From Acidimicrobiia bacterium (GTDB lineage: Bacteria > Actinomycetota > Acidimicrobiia > Spongiisociales > SHLN01): DNA of 10,855 bases. Shown in pieces: positions 1 to 5,802 of this stretch (position 1 is its first letter; every line of letters starts with the position of its first letter). The DNA lies in the NCBI GenBank assembly GCA_041609995.1, contig JBFIPU010000092.1:1-10855 (forward strand), written 5' to 3'. A model generated the notes under the pieces. The model ran no database searches, was not told the origin of the DNA, and worked only from the letters and a program-made list of their open reading frames with translations. The position numbers and the translations under genes were made by a program.

Positions 1-318
1 AAACTATATACGCGCTCCCTGTCAGCGAATCTGGGCGCGTGCGACGCAGACGATCTCACGGTGGTTCACGGCCAGAAAAGGACCGACCTGCTTGACCCGT
101 CACTGAGCCGGTCGTCCGTCATCGATTCTCCCTGGGCTGCGGTGAGTTGGCATTGCGGCCACGCAGCGTAGCGTCATCTGTCTGGCCGGCACTATCGGCC
201 AGATCGCGCTGGACGGATTGGTCATCGGGCTCGAGGCACCCCCACCAGCTCTGAGCCGGGCGGGCAAGTTCGGACTGATTGATCTGGGTCAACAAGGCGC
301 TCGCCTGCCCAGAAGACA

Positions 319-420
319 TCAGCCCGCCGCCGGCTCGTAGAGCAAAATGGCGAGGGCTTCGCTCTTCAGGTGTGGCCGATGGGCGCGGCCTAGTCCGTAC
401 GGGTGGGCGTGGTTAGCCAT
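319..420 (-). CDS. Possible small ORF (33 aa, MANHAHPYGLGRAHRPHLKSEALAILLYEPAAG) with a strong SD. Its stop overlaps the start of a second 66-aa ORF (119-319) at TGATG. Could be a small-protein pair or a pseudogene remnant.
   Basis: GAGGAA sits 6 nt upstream of the ATG at 420. GC3 is about 80%. The downstream ORF is hydrophilic and low-complexity. No homology recognised. Confidence 0.15.
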   Translation of the reverse strand: MANHAHPYGLGRAHRPHLKSEALAILLYEPAAG

Positions 421-544
421 GGCGTTTCCTCGAGCTTCGGCCACGTTATCGGCCTCGATCCCATAGGGAAAAGGGGGCTGCAACGGCCCCCAGCGGGTTG
501 CCAACCAGGATGCCATAGATACCACGCTGCCTTACCTGATCAAC

Positions 545-1183
545 ATGAGAGACAGGAGGGAGATTCGCGTCTACGCTAGGGACAGGGCGTGTCGTCTTTG
601 GGGCGAAAGGACGGATGTGCAGACAGAACCACTCTCGGTGGAGATCAGATCCCGTCTGCGTGAGCGCCTCGAGCACTGCTTCAGCCTCATGTTCGAGGCC
701 GTCGACTATCGGCGAAATGTGATCCGGGAATACGACGTCCGCCATTTCGACCTCATCCCGGTTGCCGAATACCAGATCATTCGGATCTACGTCTCAGATC
801 TGGCCAGGGTCGAGGAGCTACTGGACGGCAGGGGTGGTCCGCTCGCCTATGTCAGTTTCATCGGCAACCATCGCGACGGCGTGCTGCAAGCGGTCGAAGC
901 CACGGACCGGGCTCTGATCGGCGCCACACCGAAGGAGTCTCCGATCCTCGGGTATTTCTCGCTGCAAGATCCAAACCTTGCCTGGGTGAACGTCGTGCTC
1001 TTCGAGGACATGGAAACCGTTGAGCAGTGGGTGACGTTGACCAAGCACGCCGACGACTGGGCCAAAGCGGCTGCCTTCTTCTCCGAAATCGAGAAATCGG
1101 TCGGTTTCCTCGAATACGACGGATACCGGGTCACGCTGGAACCGCTGCGGCTGGTCGTACGCAACTACGACGCGACGGTCTAG
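545..1183 (+). CDS. Hypothetical protein. The C-terminal half resembles a small alpha+beta barrel (ABM/Dabb-like) fold. True start is probably the GTG at 638 rather than the ATG at 545.
   Basis: Longest + ORF with good GC3-rich codon usage from about 638 onwards. The first roughly 30 codons after ATG 545 are rich in rare AGG/AGA codons, so the 5' end is doubtful. No family recognised with confidence; the ABM/Dabb fold guess rests only on a V-x-V-x-F-E-D...W...H pattern in the C-terminal half. Confidence 0.55.
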   Translation: MRDRREIRVYARDRACRLWGERTDVQTEPLSVEIRSRLRERLEHCFSLMFEAVDYRRNVIREYDVRHFDLIPVAEYQIIRIYVSDLARVEELLDGRGGPLAYVSFIGNHRDGVLQAVEATDRALIGATPKESPILGYFSLQDPNLAWVNVVLFEDMETVEQWVTLTKHADDWAKAAAFFSEIEKSVGFLEYDGYRVTLEPLRLVVRNYDATV

Positions 1184-1191
1184 CCAGCCGC

Positions 1192-1395
1192 AACCCAGGG
1201 TTCTAGGTGGCGGAAACCGCCGCCGTGAGCCCGCGGGTTGACGCAGACAGGGACGAATATCGGCACCGCGGGCTAGGCAGGTGTAACCCAGGGTTGTAGG
1301 TGGCGAAAACCGCTGCCGTTAACCCAGGGTTCTAGGTTGCGAAAACCGCTGGCGTGAGCCTGCGGGTTGTAGGTGGCCGTTCGAGCCGCCGTCAG
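1192..1395. repeat. Tandem array of about 36-bp direct repeats. Units sit at 1195-1230, 1288-1323, 1324-1359 and 1360-1395, plus a degenerate 57-bp stretch at 1231-1287. Consensus is CCAGGGTTSTAGGTKGCGRAAACCGCYGSCGTGAGC, and each unit holds a small GGCGG-AAA-CCGCC hairpin.
   Basis: Direct reading: units A, B and C share 31-32 of 36 positions. Unit D keeps the GCGGGTTGTAGGTGGC core and then diverges into the malic-enzyme stop codon (TCA at 1392-1394). The array lies between convergent genes. Confidence 0.75.
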
Positions 1396-2789
1396 GAGCG
1401 CACCACTCCCTCGCTGGTGGCGGCTTCGGCGACGGCGGCTGCCACGGCCGGTGCCACCCGTTTGTCGAAAGCGCTGGGAACGATCTCGTCAGCGGTCGGC
1501 TTCTCAACCGACGCCGCAATCGCCAGCGCCGCCGCCACCTTCATGCCTTCGGTGATCGAATGGGCCCCGGCATCGAACGCTCCCCGGAACACTCCGGGAA
1601 AGGCGAGCACATTGTTGATCTGGTTTGGGTAATCGCTGCGGCCGGTTGCCATCACCCCGACGATGTCGGCCACGTCTTCGGGCCGGATCTCGGGGTCGGG
1701 GTTGGCCATGGCGAACACGATCGGTTTGGCAGCCATCGTCTCGACCTCGGCGCGTCCGGCCACCTCTGGCCCGCTGACGCCGATGAACACGTCGGCGTCG
1801 ACCATGGCGTCGGCCAATGATCCCTCGACATTGCGAGGATTGGTGTTGTGGGCCAGCCACAGTTTGCCGCTCGTCAGGCCAGAGCGGTGCCGCCCGATCG
1901 CCCCATGCCGATCGCAGACGACCATGTCTTTGATTCCGGCATTGGTGAGGATCTTGGCAACCGCCACCCCGGCTGCCCCGGCACCCACCATCACCACCCG
2001 CAGGCTCTCGAAATGCTTGTCGACCACCTTGGCCGCATTCAGCAGGGCGGCCAGGGTGACGATGGCGGTCCCGTGCTGGTCGTCGTGAAAGACCGGGATG
2101 TCGAGTTCGTTGCGGAGGCGCTCTTCGACCTCGAAGGCCCCGGGGGCTGCGATGTCCTCCAAATTGATGCCGCCGAAGGTGGGCGCCACCGCCTTGGCGA
2201 CCGCGATCAGCTCTTCGGTGGAATCGACGTCCACGCAGATCGGGAAGGCGTTGACGCCGGCGAACTCGTTGAAGAGCACGGCTTTGCCTTCCATGACGGG
2301 GAGCGCCCCGATCGGTCCGATATCGCCGAGTCCCAGCACGGCGCTGCCATCGGAGATGATGGCAACCGTGTTCTGGCGGATCGTGTACTTGAACGCCAGC
2401 GACTCGTCTTCGGCCAGGGCCCGCGATACCCGGGCCACACCCGGCGTGTACGCCATCGAGAGGTCGATGGCATCGGTGAGCGGGCGGCGGCTGACGGTGT
2501 CGAGTTTCCCGCCCTCGTGGATGTGGAAGGTCATGTCGGCCGATTCGACGACGTCGATCCCTTCGACCTTCTCGACCGCCTCGATGATCTGGTTGACGTG
2601 CTCTTCGCTGCCGGCGTCGACGATGATTTCTCTTGTGACCGAGTCGCCCCGCACCAGGAAGCCCTCCATACGCGTGATGTTGCCGCCGGCCTCCCCGATC
2701 GTCGTGGCCAGCCGGCCCAACGTTCCCGGTTTGTGCCATAGCCGGACCAACAGGCGGACGGCGAAGGCGGGCGTTGGTTTCTCCGACAT
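1392..2789 (-). CDS. NAD(P)-dependent malic enzyme, small (MaeB-core-like) form with an N-terminal ACT regulatory domain, 466 aa.
   Basis: Translation carries malic-enzyme motifs: AYTPGVA, the Rossmann VMVGAGAAGVAVAKIL, FAMANPDPEI and NNVLAFPGVFRGA. The preceding roughly 75 aa (VRLWHKPGTLGRLATTIGEAGGNITRMEGF...) look like an ACT domain. Start is set at ATG 2789-2787, with GGAG 5 nt upstream. The ORF track's upstream extension to a TTG at 3251 is S/T/R-rich, overlaps the DUF3052 gene on the other strand, and was rejected. Confidence 0.85.
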   Translation of the reverse strand: MSEKPTPAFAVRLLVRLWHKPGTLGRLATTIGEAGGNITRMEGFLVRGDSVTREIIVDAGSEEHVNQIIEAVEKVEGIDVVESADMTFHIHEGGKLDTVSRRPLTDAIDLSMAYTPGVARVSRALAEDESLAFKYTIRQNTVAIISDGSAVLGLGDIGPIGALPVMEGKAVLFNEFAGVNAFPICVDVDSTEELIAVAKAVAPTFGGINLEDIAAPGAFEVEERLRNELDIPVFHDDQHGTAIVTLAALLNAAKVVDKHFESLRVVMVGAGAAGVAVAKILTNAGIKDMVVCDRHGAIGRHRSGLTSGKLWLAHNTNPRNVEGSLADAMVDADVFIGVSGPEVAGRAEVETMAAKPIVFAMANPDPEIRPEDVADIVGVMATGRSDYPNQINNVLAFPGVFRGAFDAGAHSITEGMKVAAALAIAASVEKPTADEIVPSAFDKRVAPAVAAAVAEAATSEGVVRS

Positions 2790-2871
2790 CGGTCTCCGGG
2801 CTTCGGGTGGCGTCGAGTATACGGAGCAGGCCCCTGCGCCTCCCCGCCGTGGCTTTGATAGCCTCACGACC
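2790..2871. promoter_or_regulatory. Divergent promoter region between the malic enzyme (-) and DUF3052 (+) genes.
   Basis: On the minus strand, TATACT (plus coordinates 2816-2821, overlapping the GTATAC palindrome) sits 26 nt upstream of the malic-enzyme ATG, with a GGAG SD. On the plus strand, an extended -10, TGATAGCCT (2856-2864), ends 7 nt before the DUF3052 ATG, which is the geometry of a leaderless mRNA (the actinobacterial TANNNT -10). Confidence 0.35.
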
Positions 2872-3282
2872 ATGGCCGCCGGATACTCGGGCACACCGCT
2901 CGTCAAGAAACTGGGGATCAAGCCGGGCCAGCAGCTCGCCTTCATCGACGAGCCGCCCGGCTTTCGACGACTCCTTGACGGTCTCGAGCCCGGTGCCGCT
3001 ATTCGCACGACGGCCCGGGGTAAGGCCGACACCACCGTCGCCTTCTTCATCGAACGATCGGAGCTCAAGAAGCGCTTGCCGGCGTTGGGGCGGGCCATCT
3101 TTCCTGACGGGGCCCTATGGGTGGCCTGGCCCAAGCGAGCTTCGAAGGTGCCGACGGACGTCGCCGAGGACGTCGTGCGGGAGGTGGCGCTACCGATTGG
3201 GCTGGTCGACGTCAAAGTGTGTGCCATCGACGACGTTTGGAGTGGGCTCAAGGTCGTGTGGCGTACCAGCGAGCGAGGATGA
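2872..3282 (+). CDS. DUF3052 family protein (136 aa).
   Basis: The N-terminus MAAGYSGTPLVKKLGIKPG is the characteristic start of actinobacterial DUF3052 proteins. Codon usage is good. The ORF-track extension back to 2098 is antisense to the malic-enzyme gene and was rejected. There is no SD, consistent with a leaderless transcript. Confidence 0.8.
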   Translation: MAAGYSGTPLVKKLGIKPGQQLAFIDEPPGFRRLLDGLEPGAAIRTTARGKADTTVAFFIERSELKKRLPALGRAIFPDGALWVAWPKRASKVPTDVAEDVVREVALPIGLVDVKVCAIDDVWSGLKVVWRTSERG

Positions 3283-3283
3283 C

Positions 3284-3676
3284 ATGGGCGAGCTGAATGT
3301 ACTGGGCGGAGATCTCGAACCTTGCAGCACGGATCCGCTGACCGGCTTCTTCCGAGACGGTTCTTGTACCACCGGTCCAGAGGACCGCGGCAGCCACACG
3401 ATCTGCGCCGTGGTCACGGCCGAGTTTCTCGAGCACCAGCGGCGGATCGGCAACGATTTGAGCACGCCGGTCCCCCAATATCGCTTCCCGGGTCTCGAAC
3501 CAGGCGACCGGTGGTGTGTGACCGCCCGCAATTGGTGGCAGGCGCACCTGGATGCGGTGGCGGCGCCGGTGGTGCTGTCGTCGACCAACGCCGCCGTCCT
3601 CGAGCTGATCCCGCTGGACGTCCTGCGTTCCTATTCGGTCGACGTCCCGGTTGACCCGGGCGACATCGAGGTCTAG
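3284..3676 (+). CDS. DUF2237 family protein (130 aa).
   Basis: The motif GGDLEPCSTDPLTGFFRDGSCTTGPEDRGSHTICAVVTAEFLEHQRRIGNDLSTP matches the conserved Cys/His-rich DUF2237 core. Its ATG lies 1 nt after the DUF3052 stop (TGA 3280-3282), implying translational coupling. Confidence 0.8.
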   Translation: MGELNVLGGDLEPCSTDPLTGFFRDGSCTTGPEDRGSHTICAVVTAEFLEHQRRIGNDLSTPVPQYRFPGLEPGDRWCVTARNWWQAHLDAVAAPVVLSSTNAAVLELIPLDVLRSYSVDVPVDPGDIEV

Positions 3677-4524
3677 CTGCGGGCCAGGGCAGCCGCCCGC
3701 AGCCGGGCTTCGCGGGTGATGACAGCCGCCAGGGCCACGACCACGATTGCCATCCCGCCGTACTGCACCAGCGAGGCCGGCTCGTCGAGGAAGATGGCGG
3801 CCGCCAGCGTCGATACCGCGGGGATGCCGAGCGTCAGGAGCGAGGTGACCGACAGCTTCACCTTGAGGTGGGAGAAGTTCATCAACAGATGACCGGTCCC
3901 GGGAATCGCCAGGAGCAGGGCCAACCAGGCCCAGTTCCGCAGCGATGGCATCTCAAACGTTCCGCCGGCGTCGATGAAGGCGATCGGTGCCAGCGTGAGG
4001 GCCCCCACGATCAACTGCAGCGTTTGGAATTCGAACGTGTCGAGGTGTTGGCGGGCGCTCTTGGCCAGGACGAAGTAGGCGGCAAAGAAGAACATGGCAA
4101 TCAAGGCGAGCAGGTCGCCGGCCGGGCTCCAGGTTGCTGTGCCTGACGAACCGAGGACCACGATCCCGACCCCGGCGAACGCCACCAGTGCCACTCCGAT
4201 CAGCCATCGGGTGATGACCTCCCCAAATCGGCGGGCGGCCACATAGAAGAGGATGAGCGGTTGCAGGTTGCCGATCACCACGGCGTTGGCCACGGTCGTG
4301 GCCTTGATGGCGACGAAGAAAATGGCGATCTCGAGGGCGATCACTGCCCCCGCCGGGGCCGACAGGCGCAGCGAGCGCATCGAGATCTTTCCGCCCATTG
4401 CAAGGAAGAGTCCCGTGTAAATCACGGCCCCCAGCAGGATGCGCCAGAAGGCGACCTGGATCCCGCCGAGTGGGATGGCCCGCACGATCACGTTGCCGGC
4501 CGCCCAAAAGAGCGCGGCCGTCAC
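3673..4524 (-). CDS. EamA/DMT-superfamily transporter (drug/metabolite exporter family), 283 aa with about 10 TM helices.
   Basis: Uniformly hydrophobic with two repeated EamA-like halves (...FWAAGNVIVRAI... and ...FFFAAYFVLAKSA...). GTG start at 4524. TM1 may begin a few codons further upstream. The stop codon overlaps the DUF2237 stop within the palindrome CTAG (3673-3676). Confidence 0.8.
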   Translation of the reverse strand: MTAALFWAAGNVIVRAIPLGGIQVAFWRILLGAVIYTGLFLAMGGKISMRSLRLSAPAGAVIALEIAIFFVAIKATTVANAVVIGNLQPLILFYVAARRFGEVITRWLIGVALVAFAGVGIVVLGSSGTATWSPAGDLLALIAMFFFAAYFVLAKSARQHLDTFEFQTLQLIVGALTLAPIAFIDAGGTFEMPSLRNWAWLALLLAIPGTGHLLMNFSHLKVKLSVTSLLTLGIPAVSTLAAAIFLDEPASLVQYGGMAIVVVALAAVITREARLRAAALARS

Positions 4525-4619
4525 GGCGGCGGCGAGGTAGAGGGAGTCGGGGATGGGGCGGCGGTTGTTGATCCAACGAATCTAGGGAACGAAGGCGGCG
4601 GCCGGTCGGATGGCTGTCG

Positions 4620-5615
4620 TCAACCGTCGGGCGTCAGCACCAGGTGGGCGGCAACGGGCCGGTGATCGCCCCCCCACTCGACGTCGGGCATGAACGCCGC
4701 TTCGATGGCGAAGTGTTCGCTGATCAGGATGTGGTCGATGTGCAATACGGGCGGGGCCGGCAAGTGAGTGGGCCAGCTGCCGTTGATGAGGCCTCCGGCC
4801 TCGGCGTGCACATCGCGCATACCTGTCTCGGTCAAGAAGTCCCGGAATACGGCGTGTTCGATTGAAGCGTTGAAGTCACCGACGATCACCGTCGGGATCT
4901 CCCGCGAGATGCGCTCGATGACGCCCAGCTCGCGTTCCTGGGTGAAGCTATATGCCGGGGTGGTCGGAGGCGGGGGATGGACACCGAGCACCTGCACGGT
5001 GTCACCTTCGACATCGAGGAAGGCTCGAACTGCGGGCCAACTCGAACCTGTCAACGGCTCGATAGAACTGTGGTTCACCGGGTGGACCGACCAGATGCCG
5101 ATCCCTGCGACGCCGTCAGCAGGGGCTGCGTGGCTGTACCGGTAGCGGCGTTCGAGAACTTCCTGCAGCTCATCCATGTGGGTGTGGGTGAGCTCGACCA
5201 GGACGAGCACGTCCGGAGGAGCGGCGTCGAGCTCGGCTGCCAGGCTGTCCAGGTCGGTGGTCGAGTAGAGCAGGTTGATACTCATCACCGAGACGTCGGT
5301 TCCGGGGGCGTGGGGGACGGGGCCGGGGCGGGCCAGGGCCGGCATCGACCAAAAGAGGTGGGCGCAGAAGGCGACAAGGGAGAGGAACATCAGGAACTGC
5401 TTGCGGGCAGCCGATGCGAACGTGACCGCCATCAACGCCGGCAGAATGGCGATTGGGCGCACGCCCACCAGACCCGATAGCAGAAACGAGCCCCGGTCCA
5501 GCTCGAAGGCGCGCACCAACAGGGGAGCGGCTGCGACCAACAGAAGCAGAGTGGCGATAACGGCCGGCGCTCGGCCCGTTTTCACCGGCTCTCGAGCCAA
5601 GGCGATCATCGTCAT
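4620..5615 (-). CDS. Endonuclease/exonuclease/phosphatase (EEP, DNase I-like fold) family protein with an N-terminal membrane anchor of about three TM helices.
   Basis: An N-terminal hydrophobic stretch (AVIATLLLLVAAAPLL..., ILPALMAVTFASAA..., FLMFLSLVAFCAHLFW) is followed by EEP motifs: SVMSINLLY, LVLVELT, VGDFNAS and HIDHILIS. Start is set at ATG 5615 (MTMIAL...). The ORF-track extension to a GTG at 5699 runs through codons ending in A/T and is unlikely to be translated. Confidence 0.75.
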   Translation of the reverse strand: MTMIALAREPVKTGRAPAVIATLLLLVAAAPLLVRAFELDRGSFLLSGLVGVRPIAILPALMAVTFASAARKQFLMFLSLVAFCAHLFWSMPALARPGPVPHAPGTDVSVMSINLLYSTTDLDSLAAELDAAPPDVLVLVELTHTHMDELQEVLERRYRYSHAAPADGVAGIGIWSVHPVNHSSIEPLTGSSWPAVRAFLDVEGDTVQVLGVHPPPPTTPAYSFTQERELGVIERISREIPTVIVGDFNASIEHAVFRDFLTETGMRDVHAEAGGLINGSWPTHLPAPPVLHIDHILISEHFAIEAAFMPDVEWGGDHRPVAAHLVLTPDG

Positions 5616-5758
5616 AGGCGTACTAGATCGACGAATGCGCGAACTACTTGAGAGGGACTCCCTCGACAGAATCACCGCTGACCCTTCCAGTCGCATCACA
5701 GGCGACAGCTGTCGGCCTCGCGAGCTGCTGTAGAAGTTGGCGGCCCCTTGGGCGCCAA

Positions 5759-5791
5759 GAGGTGGGACCGGACGGTGCCGGCCCCACCCTC
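5759..5791 (-). terminator. GC-rich stem-loop immediately downstream of the LpqB-like gene stop, a candidate intrinsic terminator. It has no U-tract, as is common in high-GC actinobacteria.
   Basis: The sequence gaGGTGGGaCCGGacggtgCCGGccCCACCctc reads as an imperfect stem of about 13 bp (one bulge) with an inner CCGG/CCGG pair. It lies 12-44 nt downstream of the stop at 5803. Confidence 0.3.
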
Positions 5792-5802
5792 TGCGACAGG
5801 CT

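Noticed and set aside
1192-1395. Possible CRISPR array, suggested by the 36-bp repeat length
   Set aside because: The units are directly contiguous with no unique spacers, and no cas genes are nearby. It is a minisatellite/VNTR-type tandem repeat.
1504-2739. 411-aa minus-strand ORF, extremely Arg/Gly/Pro-rich, in an alternative frame of the malic-enzyme gene
   Set aside because: Classic high-GC shadow ORF. It has low-complexity composition, lies wholly inside a gene with clear enzyme motifs in another frame, and lacks an SD.
1848-2741. 297-aa plus-strand ORF antisense to the malic enzyme. The 5' part (2098-2871) of the 394-aa plus ORF is antisense in the same way.
   Set aside because: Antisense GC-driven open frames. 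Only the 3' 136 codons (2872-3282) have the recognisable DUF3052 sequence and start context.
2790-3251. N-terminal 154-aa extension of the malic enzyme to a TTG start at 3251
   Set aside because: The S/T/R-rich low-complexity extension overlaps the DUF3052 gene on the opposite strand. A proper ATG with GGAG sits at 2789.
3953-4576. 207-aa minus ORF in an alternative frame of the EamA transporter gene
   Set aside because: Arg/Pro/Gly-rich and lacks the hydrophobic periodicity that the transporter frame shows.
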